NCBI RefSeq assembly: GCF_006345805.1
Contig: NC_042997.1
Coordinates: 185,256,001 to 185,320,000 of the forward strand
Origin: Octopus sinensis
Taxonomy: Eukaryota
DNA: 64,000 bases
Direction of reading: 5' to 3'
The position numbers were made by a program, and so were the translations under genes. The notes below the pieces were generated by a model, which was not told the origin of the DNA, ran no database searches, and worked only from the letters and a program-made list of their open reading frames with translations. Shown in pieces: positions 10,957-25,198 of the stretch; position 1 is the first letter of the stretch; the number at the start of each line of letters is the position of its first letter.

Positions 10957-12627
10957 ATATTTTGTATGTGCTGTGTTTTGAATAGTTGTTGCTTTATTCT
11001 CGAATATAATGATAGCTCTACTTTATGCGCAATGCCCAGTAGCGCCAGTTTCTGCTCTGTGTATGTGTGTAAGACCTGAGAAATATATTTGCGTCTATCT
11101 TTTTTCTTTCATTTCTAAGAAACCTATTATGAAGATTGTTTTTGTTTTCAATCTGCCCGTTCTTGGTACCACTATTTTCAGGTCTTTATATTTATACAGA
11201 TCTTCCATTTCTTTCAGATTCATTGGTTTTCGTTAAAATGAAAACATCGATTAGGTAATATCTATTTCTGTTAGTCATTAACAATATAATCTAGCGTATT
11301 TGTTTCAATCGCCATCTTTGTTTGAATCGGCATGCTCCATTGCAAAACACACATACCTCTTTCATGTCAGCCGATAGACTCAGTATATTATTACAAAGGA
11401 AACTAAATTCTGTTGTTGCTACTCCATTCTACTCACTGCTCTTTGTTAACTCGTCTTCATTTCTACATTCAGAAAACAGCTTTTGATCATGTTTTGTATA
11501 TATTTGTTTTATCACTGACAAGGTATATGGTATACGATTTAGAAATTTAGCATAGTTTTCTATACTAATAGGCTTTACCTTCCTTATGTTCTTAGCAAAT
11601 AAAATCATTCTATTTTGGATGCTGAGTTTATTCTAAATGCCTTGTTATATTTAGTATTACAATCTCAATCAGCTTATAGGTGAAACATATAACCATAAAA
11701 TAATTCGGGAATAATATGTGTATTGATACCTTTTATCTTATTTTAGACATTTGACTCACATTTAAGTATCAATATATTACCAATATTTGTTTCTAATATT
11801 TTATCCAAATCGGGTATTGCACACTGCCGAAATCTTATTTCATCATACTTTTTCTTGTATCGTCGTGAAAATGTATAACCAACGGGGCAACATGTGATTA
11901 GTATAGATAAAATTTTGCCCAAGAAAAGCTCTTACATGTCGAATGCCTAATACGCTAGAAATTTAACTAATATTATGAAAGGAGATCGTTCACGTAAACA
12001 CCACAACATGACACAATAGCAACATTGTGACGCATAAGTTCCACAGGAGATTAGGACAAATCGTCTAGATTTTATATCCAAAGACTGTCAAAAAAGAAAT
12101 TCTTTCAAATCAATGTATACCTTGCAACAATTCAAAATGGAGAATCTATCAACATATAAAGATATGAAAATAGAGGTAAGCAGAATATTACGATAACTTT
12201 TATTATACGTGCATTGGCAGTGATAAATACATATGCATACGAATGAATGACGAAAACAGCAGAACTAATACATATACAAATCGTACAGAAATTGGCACTG
12301 AACAGGCATCATATATGTATTACTTGCAATACTTTAGAAAATAGAAACACAAGGCTCACAAATATTTGGGTGCTATGCAATAAAATCACGAAATAATATA
12401 ACTATTGAAATAATGTCATGGTTTCTGATTTAAACGCAACGCAAGCAATTTTGACGGAAAGAAGTAGTCAATACAATCGCCCCCAATAACTGACTGGCAT
12501 TTTATTTTATTGATCAGAGAGAGAGATAAAAAACAAAGTTCATCTTGCCAGTATTTGAACTCGAAATTTATAAAGCTTGTAGAGGCATCGGTTTTGCCGG
12601 AATGTCACCCTAGCTTAAGAAGTAAAA

Positions 12628-13080
12628 ATCCTTTCTACTATAGGTACAAGACCTGAAATATTGGGGGAAGGGGCTAGTCGATTATATCAACTCCAGTGCT
12701 TAACTGGTACTTATTTCATCGACGCCGAAAGGATGAAAAGCAAAGTCGAGCTCGGCGGAATTTGAACCCAGAGCCTAAAGATGGGCGAAATACCGCTAAC
12801 CATTTCGCCCTGCGAGCTCACGATTCTGCCAGCTCACCGCCCTAGTTAAGAAGTAACAACAATAATCATTTCTACTATAGGTACAAAGCCTGGAATTTGG
12901 TGGGAGGGGTTGAGTCGATTACATCGACTCCAGTGCTCAAATGGTACTTATTTTATCAACCCCTAAAAGATGAAAGGCGAAGTCGACGTCGGTGAAATTT
13001 GAACTCAGAACATAAAGATGGAGTAAATGCCGCTAAGCATTTTGCGCAGCGCGCTAATCATATTGCCAGCTCACCGCCTT
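12628..13080 (-). mobile_element. Two head-to-tail family-B-related SINEs (about 12628-12843 and 12872-13080)
   Basis: Each has a head ending GCCAGCTCACCGCC and the GAAAGG..AAAGTCGA..TCGG.GGAATTTGAAC core. Confidence 0.85.
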
Positions 13081-14589
13081 AGAACTAATTATAGTAATTA
13101 TTTGAAACACATGCAAAGTGTCATATATTTTAAAAGAAGTGTGTAGATGGTGGACTTTCCTCCAGTTCTTGACTGGCACTGCATTAACCCTAAGAAAGTG
13201 AAGGCTAAATGAGACCTCATGTTCGCTTGGACTATAATAATAATAAAAAAAGATAATACTGTTATATTTGGGGATGGTCATATTTTTGCCAATTATCCTC
13301 ACGACCTATATACTTGGTCTTCACTTTTAGTTTATCAGTATTCATACTTTAGTGCCCTTTGCCTGAAATCTTTCGTCACATATCTGTTGACCACTTCAAC
13401 GACTCTCTATCTCACGTGTCTTCTGTTCTGTTTAGTGACGATATTAATGGTGAATTTTAGCTCATGTTTAATGATGTAGATAATGATTCCTTAGATATTA
13501 TGCCACATATATTGGAAATAATTTATTCGATATGATTGACTCCAGAACATGACTCGTAATTACTTTACCAAAAGTTAGAATCATTTTAAGTTATTCAGTC
13601 AAGCACTGACCATTTCTGAATAGAGGAAGTACCTTAGTCTAATAACCATTTGTGCATTAATATTAAAATAGTACTATTACATCCACAAACTTGCGATGTT
13701 TTTAACAGCCATCCCAACATGTAATTTCATATTTGTTTATCATTCTGTCTTTTTCTTTTAAAATGGTTAACAGTAAAATTTTGATACTATTTGTGAAACT
13801 AATTAACATCACCAGAGATCTTCCCATTAAATTGTATTTTAAGGTTTCCCAGAAATTGGTATGTTGGCGAGTCATTAACTCCTAATGAGAATATTCGAAC
13901 TATAGAAAGATCTCATTTATATTCTTGCTAATTAATTATTTCAAAAACAGAAAAAAAATTTCAAAAATTTGATAGTCCATTGAGTCGATTCAAGTTTGCT
14001 ATTATTGATTTCCTTATCAGCCTGCAATTAAATAAAAAGCAAGGATCTGAAATGTATACCTTCGGGACTAAAGTATAAATGAGCTACCATAAATATGAGG
14101 TCATTCAGTGCAGCACTCCCTCGCAAAGTTCTATCACTTTAGCGCATAATTATAATGATTTATGATATTAAGCGGCAGACGAGAAAGTTAATATCTTGCA
14201 TCCACACACATGTCAAAATTAATATATAGCGTATAGTAGGTTCCCTTGAAATAAATATGCAGTAATGCCCATTCCATGAGTTTCTCTATATCTCCTTCCG
14301 CCTCTCTCTCTTTCTCTCTACCCTGTCTTACTCTTCCCCTTCTCTCACGCCCCCTCTCTCTCAACGGCTGTAATATCATACTAATTCTCTAATTGTAGGT
14401 GTTTTCACGATATGCCTTAATAACGCAACCATCAGCATAAGAATTTCTTAATATCCATGTCTATACCTATATATATATGGAAGTATATGTGTGTAAGAAA
14501 CAATTTATAATACACAGAGATAGACACACACACATAGATGCAATATAAATACATACATGAGAAAAATGATTGTATACATACATACATAC

Positions 14590-14627
<38 letters not shown>

Positions 14628-14644
14628 TATATATATATGTAAAT

Positions 14645-14764
14645 GTAAAAAAATACAAACTGGGACAAGAACGTGAAACACTCAGAAGACGATACAAAAA
14701 ACACGGACGGGACATTCGAAGCCTTCAAACTTCAGTCAAGAACCGGATCACCCCCGCAATCTCG
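14645..14764. repeat. Interspersed repeat fragment (CATTCGAAGCCTTCA family), related to the reverse complement of 52655-52805
   Basis: Shared CATTCGAAGCCTTCA..CTTCAGTCA.GAACCG...GCAA.TTCGGCTG. Both copies abut (TA)n tracts; probably PLE-derived (inference). Confidence 0.55.
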
Positions 14765-16116
14765 GCTGCGCGCATTATTAGGCAAATCGACTTCCTCTTA
14801 ATAAATAAATGTATATTCGTTCAAAACCAGTTGTTTCCCCACTGACTGTTGGCAACGCCTATCTGCGCACATTCTGTTAAAATAAATCGGATCTGCACAG
14901 ACGCCAGCGAACAGCGGCCATTTTTGTGATTGGGCAACATTTTCACCGTCACAAATTATAAGGCAAGTATAATAAAAATGATAATTGTGTCAGAAAAATA
15001 TTTCAACAGTAAAGGTTTAACGAAAAACTATTCATAAAGAACTTAATGGTAATCATAATAATACGTTCGAATGAAAATAATCATGGGATTATGATGTCAT
15101 ACAGTTCCTAATGTTCTATGTATGATCCTCCACATCGCGGTCATCCATTGAATTTGTCGAGGTGATGATATCCTCTTGTGTCACGCTTTGAGCAGCATCT
15201 ACAATAGCATCCCAGAGGGCAACTTTACTTGAAAACTGTCGTCCATCTTTGTAAACGCGTCTCTTCAGGACACTCCACAGGTTCTCGATCGGGTTTAAGT
15301 CTGGGGAACAAGGTAGCCACTTCATCAAACAACCTCCAGAGAATCCTATGCCGCAGGTATTCCTTAGAATTCTTCGCTGCATGAGAGAGGACAGTATCTT
15401 GCATCAAGATCAGCTTTCTCTTGAACGAAAGGTTTTCCTTTTTGAAACACCTTTGGAAATTTTCCTTTAAGAAGGTAACATATGTTTTCGATGTCATCTT
15501 AATGCCATCTGTGGCTTTCCATGACCTGACCAACGATGACAGCTCAAAACATGACCTCGCCTGTTGGGGTCTCAAACGATGAGGACGGTTCCCGCTGATT
15601 GATATTCAAACTTTATTCCATCCATCTGGTCCTTCAAGGGTAGGACAGCATTTGTCACTGAACAGAACTGCCGAAAAATCTATCTTCATGTATTCTTCTG
15701 CCCATTTCAGTCTATTCTGTTTCAGAGGGGGCCTTGTAACAGGCTTAACATTCCTGGCTACCTGCTTCAAGAGGCGACACCTGGTAGTTTTCGATACGTC
15801 TTCTCTGCCACAAAGTTTGAAAACTTCTTGTCAGATATGGGTTCCGCACAACTTCCCTTTTCACACGTGACAAAGTACGATTCAAAGCAACACTCGACTT
15901 ACCATAATCTGCCCTTAACTGGACAGAAATAAAGACAACACAGATTTCTTCACTATTCGGTGATTTCTTCCCAGTATTTTTTATATTTCTATGGTTGTGG
16001 CTGTTTTACATTTTCCAAGTTCTTACACGATGGTAGGCTTCTCAATCAAAGTAAGATCAGGTTTCTGCCCCATAATGACACTTAAATTGGGCACCTGTCT
16101 AATAATTTTGGACAGC
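14765..16116 (-). mobile_element. Tc1-family DNA transposon, decayed
   Basis: Contains the transposase relic listed below. Imperfect terminal similarity: GCTGCGCGCATTATTAGGCAA on the left versus reverse-complemented GCTGTCCAAAATTATTAGACA on the right. Confidence 0.85.
15108..16073 (-). pseudogene. Tc1 (DD34E) transposase pseudogene
   Basis: N-terminus MGQKPDLTLIEKPTIV*ELG...KILGR. Catalytic region MQDTVLSHAAK (QDNAP.H) and WLPCSPDLNPIENLWSVLKRRVY. C-terminus GSYIEH*. Multiple frameshifts and stops. Confidence 0.92.
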
Positions 16117-16171
16117 AGAAATGCCGTTGTTTATTAATAGCCGCCGTTTGTTTTTGTGCGCACCCCCCACA

Positions 16172-16225
<54 letters not shown>

Positions 16226-17035
16226 TATCTTACTTGGATATAATTACACTTCAATTCATAATTCTGAATGTTCCTCTGATATTTTCTGAAATTCTGAAAG
16301 AACAAAACAAACCTTGCTTAATAAATCTCTCGTTAATCCGTTCTCAAAATTACACGATCTTTTTATCGCTCCTTTAGTTTAACTGTATGTTCACACCATT
16401 ATTTTTAAACCCATCTATGTTAAGAATGTCTTAAGCTAAATTATCTCATCTCAGGTGCAAGCAATCCTTTAAATTTTAAGCACCCCCAACTTTACTCGCC
16501 TCTTTACGCAGCTCTTTCTTTCTAAGTATGTTTAGAGTTTCGAGCCAGATGTTTAACACAGCTGTCAGTACTCTCTCATAACATATATTCGAGTCACGCC
16601 ACTGAATGTGTTTTGGAAGTAGTTTGCATAATGTTGAGTTATTTACAAATACCTTTACTTAATCCTCTTTGCAGTGTTTGTCTATAGTTAATCTACTCCC
16701 AATCTTTGCTTCTAAGTAGGTACCTTAAAATAGCTTCTTTTTTTTTATATTGTTTAGTTCTTAATTTATCTCACCTGATTGTAAGGAGTTTTTTTTTGTG
16801 TGGATTCCTTGTTAAATATTACCTAAGACGAATTAACAAAGAAGCCTTTCCATTGTAGTTCGACCTGCTCGAAGTATCACCTTCTCGCCCCCCCCCCCCA
16901 AAAAAAAATCAGCATAAAAATGAAACAAAAAAAGAAAAATGAATGTAGTTCAAAATATGCTTATACCTAAAAGCAACAGGATGATTATTGTCGGAATTGT
17001 ATTTGATAATAGCCTTGGTGGATAAAAGTTGACAT

Positions 17036-17202
17036 GGCGCAGGAGTGGCTGTGTGGTAAGTAGCCTGCTTACCAACCATATGGTTCCGGGTTCATTCCCA
17101 CTGCGTGGCACCTTGGGCAGGTGTCTTCTACTAAAGCCTCGGGCCGACCAAAGTCTTGTGAGTAGATTTGGTAGACGGGAACAGTAAGAAGCCCATCGTA
17201 TA

Positions 17203-17252
<50 letters not shown>

Positions 17253-17648
17253 ATCAAAAATAAGCAACAAAAATGAATCCGGTAATTTAGTACAATTGTT
17301 TCATACTACAACATTTTATTAAAAGCTGAAAATATTGCAGCAGATTTAAGATGCTGAGTAATCTTCAGCTAATTTTATATAGGTTTTCCAATAATATTTG
17401 AGAACTTTATATTATTGGAAAACCTATATAAAATTAGCTGAAGATTAGTCGGCATCTTAAATCTGCTGTAATATTTTCAGCTTTTAATAAAATGTTGTAG
17501 TATGAAACAATTGTACTAAATTACCGGATTCATTTTTGTTGCTTCTTTTTGATTATAATCACCCCGCATATTTTTATGGGTAACACCATAAAAAATTCTG
17601 GTGCATCTAAATTAAGTGCCATATTCATTTGAATCTAAACTGTTGTAA

Positions 17649-17716
<68 letters not shown>

Positions 17717-17965
17717 ATATATTTACATATATACACACATATGAGTATGTGTGTGTATATGTTTTTGTGTCTGTGTTTGCCCCCCCCCCAACATCGCTTA
17801 ACAACCGATGCTGTTATGTTTACGTCCCCGTAAATTAGCGGTTCGGCAAAAGAGACCGCTAGAATAAATAAGTACCAGGCTTTAAAATATAAACATTCGG
17901 GTTAATTCGCTCGGCTAAAATTCTTCAAGGCGGTTTCCTAGCATGGAATAACTGAAACAAATAAA
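17036..17965 (+). mobile_element. Family-A SINE interrupted in its internal (TA)n by a hairpin element
   Basis: Head GGCGCAGGAGTGGCTGTGTGGTAAG at 17036. The body resumes at about 17740 (CCCCCCAACATCGCTT..CGGTTCGGCAAAAGAGACCG). Confidence 0.75.
17249..17557. mobile_element. Near-perfect 309-bp hairpin (foldback/MITE-like)
   Basis: Arms 17249-17397 and 17409-17557 are reverse complements with few mismatches. The loop is 11 nt and the ends are TA-rich. Confidence 0.85.
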
Positions 17966-19499
17966 GGCTAGAAGATAAATTCACATTTTGCAAAACATTA
18001 CCACAGCCGACGCCGCCCGCTTTCTCAAACCACCTCAAACTCTATATCTTTGGTTCTCCAAACAAAATTTTCATGCCAGCAGCTTATCTGGTAATTTTAC
18101 CTCTTCAGTTATTTACCCAAAATTTTATGGGTATTTTCCCCTAACTACCTATTTCTATCTCTGCGCTGCTCCCTGTAGATCGTGCCTATCCTGCAAAATA
18201 CTTTTACATCCTGATCTTTCTCTCACTCTTACCTCTTTATCTCACTCTGTATTTTTGCATTTCTTTCTTTATATTTGTTCAAGCAAACACTCTCTTTCTC
18301 CTTCTCTTCTTTTATGTCCTTATTTCTTTTTCTTTGCGCTGAAAGCATAGCACACAATCTTTTTTTACACTGTGCTACTAACAATAAGAAATTCTTTGCT
18401 CGAAGACACTCAACACCGCAATAAACTCAGAAAATATTGAAATAAAATATTATCTGCACGAATCTGTCAGATCTCGTTCTTGCTGTTGCTTTCTCTGCAC
18501 TAAAATGACCTCATGAAGTGATGATGAAGCGAGCTATTTATCTCCGCTCAAATAAAATATGACTCCCACTGACCCCTTACATTTGCCACACCTTATTCCA
18601 GGATGACGCTAGCGATGACAAATGAATGGTGTGGCGAACTTCACTACCGAGATGCGTTGTAGTGCTACAGTGAATATAAAATTGGGAGCCAATAGTAGAA
18701 GATTAATGTTTCGAGAAATTAATCTCCTTTTCCTATATTTAAAACTTTTTACATTGATATATTGGGATTGCACAGCGTGTTAAAATAACAGTCGAAGAGA
18801 AGATTATAATGACTATATGTTGCTCATTTTGTATGCATTTCCATTAGAATATAAGTTGTTGGAGTTAACATTAAATACTCAAGAAGTACTGATAGAACCG
18901 GTAGAGAGGACAAGAGGCTTTACTGTTTTTAGCCTCGGTCCTTTACGTTCTGATTTTGAAAACAAGTTCAACTTTGTCTCTCATATCTGGTACTGATATA
19001 AGCAAGATTAAGAACTGGTAGCGATTTATGGAATACAAATCGAAGCTTTTTCTTTGCATACTCTATAATCGGCCTCAGAAAGGTATACGCATGTTTATTT
19101 TAGAAATACATAGAAAAGCCCAAGTGACTATATTTCCTTGTACATGTCAGCCTCTGTGTGTGTGTGTCTGTGTATGTGTGTGCGTGTCAGTATGGGAGAG
19201 AGACTATATATTAGAACGAGCTTCTAAGAGAGTGTGGTGCTAGTCGATATCATCGACCCAGCATTTGACTAGCACCATATTTTATCGCCCGAAAAAGGAT
19301 GAAAGCTAAAGTTGAATTCGGCGGCATTTAATTCAGAACGGAAGAGGACAAATAAATTAACACAGATTATTCCATCTGTTGCTCAAACGAGTTTTCCAAT
19401 CCATTTCACTATCCTTGTATACTAATACACACATCCCTATATTCTGAAAATCGTATATTTATACATCCATTTATACATGAAAATATGATTATATATATA

Positions 19500-19862
19500 T
19501 ACGAGCAAAACGGTCCCCATCCATTGGACGGTGCTGAATTGCCAAACATTTAAATCAAATTTTCTCAAAACAACTTGTCCGACCGTCCCATAGACCTCCC
19601 CTTTGAGAAACACTGATTTAACCTAAATTTGAGACACCAGCAAAAGAAGATATAAAGATAGACTTTTTTTCTACTCCAAAGAAAAGCGATTTTATTCACT
19701 TTATCGATCGCATTCTCACCTCGAATCGATTTTTGTAATTTTTTCAAGACATACACGCCCTGATACCGTCGGTATGTACATATCATATTTGAGCGCAATC
19801 GGATGGAGGATGCCCGAGATCCTAAAGACACACACACAAACAGACAGAACTTCATAAAGATC
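19500..19862 (-). mobile_element. Helitron/Helentron-associated non-autonomous element (DINE-1/HINE-like), degenerate
   Basis: Ends ...GCGCAATCGGATGG...ACACACAAACAGACAGAAC..ATAAAGAT on the plus strand, the same layout as 45992-46375. Confidence 0.4.
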
Positions 19863-20662
19863 AAGTAAGGCTTGTACCAGAACTGCTAGCATCTAAGAGG
19901 CCGTGCTACTGGATGGCCTAGTTAAGGCCTAGATTATATCCCAAAAGAATGTCATATGGCTGATTGGTGATTTATCGGTTACCAACATGCTTCAACCGCT
20001 AAGTGATTGACATGATGTACCTTGTATCTTCCTCTATTATCAATACTTCAAAACATCGAACTAGTTAGCTATTGTGCTATGCTCCCAAAGCCATTACCCA
20101 GAAGGTCACACTTATTGTATATCTCTTTCCAGACACCACGCAAACGACATTACTACAGAACGTCAGCACTCTGGAATACTCCCTGAGTCTATTTTTACCA
20201 GACACAGACCAAGAGGCATGGCAGCCATAATCTTACTCTCACGAATTATCTGTTAATAACATGAGCATCAGCAGATCATTTTATATAAAAAAACAAAAAG
20301 CAAAAGAGAAAATTACTAGGATCATCATTACTACAATCGCTTGTAGACATCGCCATCATCCTCACTACGATAACCGTCATACGAGCATTCAACATCACAA
20401 ATGACATCGTTACTGTGATCACGACCATCACCAACACAGCTAACACCATCAGAACCATGAATTCCCTAGATTCGCCACCATTAAAACCATAATCTTATCG
20501 CCCTACCAATGTATCACTACTATAATCTCTACCAGTGTCATAACTATACACAACATCTTAACTAACATCATCAACGTTACAATCTCTCCTTTTTCATTGC
20601 TCATTTGCCATATTCTTCGCTGCTTCTCAATGTTCATCTATCATTTTTTACCCTCTCTGTCT

Positions 20663-20990
20663 TGTAACGGGAGCAGCCTGCGTCGGAGAGCTCCGAATTC
20701 GGCCGACCCCTTTTGTGAGTCTTGCCTCCGGCACTAGGTTGTCCTGCCGATCGGACATCCTACAACGTATGCAAAGGAGGTGGGGCTTGCTAGTTGGTCA
20801 TGGCTAGCCTCTCGAGGCGCGATGGCACCGTCCACGGTTAAAAAAAAAAAAAAACGGGACCGGCGATGACTATTCGTGTGCGCTTTAGACTCGGCTTTGG
20901 TGTAGCGAGACAACCACCGGAAGGACAGCGTGTTCATCGCTATCTGGCGAAGTACGTGTGGGACCATTTCTCTGCCTCTCTCCCCACACT
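20663..20990. other. GC/CpG-rich island beginning TGTAAC; possible LTR fragment
   Basis: Sharp GC/CpG rise relative to flanks and an LTR-like TG start. No second LTR or PBS seen. Confidence 0.3.
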
Positions 20991-21733
20991 CTATTCCTAT
21001 GTATGTATGTATGTATGTATGTATGTATGTATGTATGTATGTATGTATGTATGTATGTATGTATGTAGCTAGCTACTTTCTATCTTTCTCTTCCATATTA
21101 ACCTGTACAAATTTTCCTTTAGTTCTCCTTATATATTTTCAGACGGTCACTGTAATCACACCGCTTTGTTTTTCAATCCATTATCTTTTCCCACTCAAGC
21201 ATATTCTCACTCCATCTTCCTCTTTCTCTCCCTCCGCCATACACTCAGCGTTTCTGCCATGTTGTTTCGAGTCAACAAGGGAGGCTCTACATACGCAGTT
21301 ATACGACCTGCTAGAAATTTCCATTAAATCACAGCCTACCATCATACAAAGAGGAAAGGACAACATTGACAAATGTTGACATGGGTGCACTGTGCTATGG
21401 GAAAAGACCGGATGGCCACAACTAGAACGCTTTGGATCATAGGTCTGCTCGTTCAGGGCTGACCTGCAACAACACAAAAATAACAAAAACAAAAGATCTA
21501 CTACTATATCTGTGCCGCTCTCCTCTTTCTCTCTCTCTCTACTCTTCTTCTCGCTATCTCCCTGTCTCCCTCTTCTCTTCTCTTTCTGCCTTTCCCTTTT
21601 CTTACTCTGTCTGTCTGTCTGTCTCTCTCTCTCTTATATCTCTTCTTTTACGTCTCTCCTTTCCCTCTAAGAGTTAATAGCTGATTTTCTTCACTCTTAT
21701 CGACCGACCGACCGACCGACCTTTCATCTACAC

Positions 21734-21828
<95 letters not shown>

Positions 21829-22093
21829 CTCTTTCTCGCCTTTTCTTTTACCACATTCGCCGTTTTTTTTTTCTTTCTTCGTCTTTTTATTAATAACACG
21901 AAACGCTGAACGACTGATGGGATTCTAATTGGAAACCTGTTCATGTGCAGAAACGCCGCATCATAATGTATTCGCTGTCACACGTTTTTGAGCTTCCTAT
22001 GTCACTTACGTGTTGTTATTGTTATTGTTTTTATTTGTATTTTTTTTCCCTCTTACGTACAACCAATATTTATCTATCTTCTCTTCAATGTAC

Positions 22094-22147
<54 letters not shown>

Positions 22148-23585
22148 TGCTTTGTATGTCTTTGCTGTTTGTTAGCTGAAGTAATAAACGGTCTGGTATC
22201 AAGCAAAGAATACTACCATTCCGAGTCCGAAAATGTGATACGATGATCTGAGTGCATAGGAATATGTCGCCATCCAGTCTCCGCTACATAAAAACTTTGC
22301 ATAAAATCCGGCTCTATCTAAGAAATCACGAACGCTTCTCAATTTTCTCGCATTTCCTGATATATAGTCCCAATTCATGTTTATAAATGCACTGATCCGA
22401 TCACACCAGGCTCATTAATTGTTTTATGTGCTATCTCTCCATCCATCCTCCGCTATTCTTCACCATTCCTACTCTCTCAGTTTCGTACCACACACTACAG
22501 TATATATCTCATTCACACACATAAAAATAAACACCATCTCCTTTCTGTCCTCTTTCTCATTCTCTCTCACTTTTCTCTCCCTCTCTGTTTCTCCTTTTCT
22601 TTCTCTCTGTTTTGGTTCTTTCTTTCATCTCAAAGATTTCTGTATATCTTCCTCCACGCTTTTGTTTGGTTTATCAATATTCCTTTTACACTCTCTTTCT
22701 TCAGACACTTAATCGCACACGCACGCATGCGCGCGCACACACGTATTTACTCCCCCTCTCTCTCTATTCCGTTCATCTCTTTCTTTTGTCACTCGCCCCT
22801 TTCTCACTCATCTTTTTTCTCTTTTCCTTTCTCATTCTATTTCAAACTTCCTTTATTCGAAAGAATTTATACACACTCTCGTGTTTATTTTTCCTTTTCT
22901 TTATTTTTCTTACACTTTGTCTGACATTTGATTTTCTCAAACTTACACTGCCTCTCTATATTTCATCCCCTCTCTCTCTTGCTCCCACGCTTTTTCACAC
23001 TAAATCCCCTCTCACTTTCTCTCTCTCTCTATCTATCTATCTAACAATCTATCATCTACATAGTCTGGATATATTGCTACAATTCTTTACGGATATTAGT
23101 ACATTTTTATTTCTCTCCCCACCTGTCTCTCTCATGTTTCTAAATATAGCTAATTATTCTTCATCCTCGCAGTATGACTACATATACATTTGTTTATCTC
23201 TGTTTCGATTTATTTGTCATTATTGAGTCATTTTCTCGGAATATGACTATATAAGGTTCTATCTATCTGGCTTACAAAGAAGCTCTGACAATTGGTATAC
23301 CCTCTCTCCGTCATTCCTACTGCGGGTGGCCACAGTTGCTTCTGCTACTCGGTGGTTTTCTAGTTTCCCGCCACATTCGTTTAAACTCCCCACAGACTCA
23401 TTTCGTCGTCCATACTCTCATCATCCATATTATATTCAAAACTCTGTTTTCTGTACTAAACACTGCATTTATTTCAGTTCTTTCTTACTTAGGATGTCAG
23501 TCACTATTATTTCCTCTCTACGTACACGTTCTTTCTCTCCCGGATGAGTATGCTACCGTTTAATCGGAAAGATGGCACTATCAAT

Positions 23586-24135
23586 TTGCGAGTTGGCAGA
23601 ATCGTTAGCACTCTGGACGAAATGATGAGCGGTATTTTGTCTGCCGTTACGTTCTGAGTTCAAATTCCGCCGAGGTCGACTTTGCCTTTCATCCTTTCGG
23701 GGTCGATAAATTAAGTACCACTTACGCACTGGAGTCAATATAATCGACTTAATCCGTTTGTCTGTCCTTGTTTGACCCCTCTGTGTTTAGCCCCTTGTGA
23801 GTAGTAAAGAAATATGTATTTCTGAGTTCAAATTCCACCGAGGTCGACTTTGCCTTTCATCCTTTCCGGGTCGATTAAATAAGTACCAGTTACGCACTGG
23901 GGTCGATATAATCGACTTAACCTGTTTGTCTGTCCTTGTTTGTCCTCTTTGTAATTGTTTAGCCCCTTGTGGGTAGTAAAGAAATAGGTATTTTGTCAGT
24001 CGTTACGTTTTGAGTTCAAATTCTACCGAGGTGGACTTTGCCTTTTAACTTTTCGGGTTCGATAAACTAAGTACCAATTGAGCACTGGGGTTGATGTAAT
24101 CGACTCATCCCAATCTGCGCTTGTGGCAAAAATTT
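23586..24135 (+). mobile_element. Family-B SINE: one tRNA head plus three tandem body units
   Basis: Head GCGAGTTGGCAGAATCGTTAGC. The unit TCTGAGTTCAAATTCC.CCGAGGTCGAC starts at about 23653, 23821 and 24010. Confidence 0.88.
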
Positions 24136-24942
24136 GAAATAATTATTAGTTTGCCAAAAAATAGCGCAAGTTAATTTCTTTCACATACAATGTCCCTGAC
24201 ATAATTTTGAATCTACCGCTCTAAGTTAAAAAAAAAAAAGAAGCAAATTACGGTTTAAATTGCTTTGACTGAATGAAAAAATGCAATGCAACAAAATCTA
24301 GGTGATACAATTTTTTATTACAAAATTCAATAATGACTGCAATAAAAGATATTTTTCGCATAGCTTCAGACCATAAAAGGCTTTAGTTAAGAGATGCGGT
24401 CGAAATATCGGTACGCTTCTTCAATGTGTGTAGATAGGTTTTACTTTATCTAAATAAATTAGCTTGTTCTGTCTTTCGGAAAATTGACAATAATAAGTAA
24501 AGAAATACGATTCTCCTTTATGTATGAAGAGCTTATGAATAGTGATATATTTTATGTATAGAAAGTGCATTAGTGCACATTCATTTACATTTATTCTCCT
24601 AAAGATACTTAGAGTATCCACTTATTACACTTTGATTGTGTTTCTTCTATTCTGTGTTCGATTTTTTAAAAAGAAAGATAGCATTGATATTAAGTGTAGC
24701 GATAAAATTTCTATTCGACCACTGGTAATTGTCCATGTATGGCATAAATGCTTGAGATGTAACAATAAGGTATCGCATGCGGATTTTAAAAAATTATTTT
24801 GATATTGGTATATATTGATTATATTGTTACAATACATTTAGATGTTCAACCTAGGACATATTACAATTAGCTCTATTTAAGATATCGAGCGCTCTCTATC
24901 GAAACATGAACATTCGAAATATTGGAATCTATGCATTATATA

Positions 24943-24975
<33 letters not shown>

Positions 24976-25158
24976 TGTTTGTATGTATGTATCTATCTAT
25001 ATTTATATCTGTCTGTCTATTGCCTCTCTCTTTATATATGCATACACATAAATATATATACATAGACGCGCGCACACACATATCTATACAAATATACATA
25101 TAAATATACATACATACATACATACATAATACACACACACACACACATACATATATAT

Positions 25159-25198
<40 letters not shown>

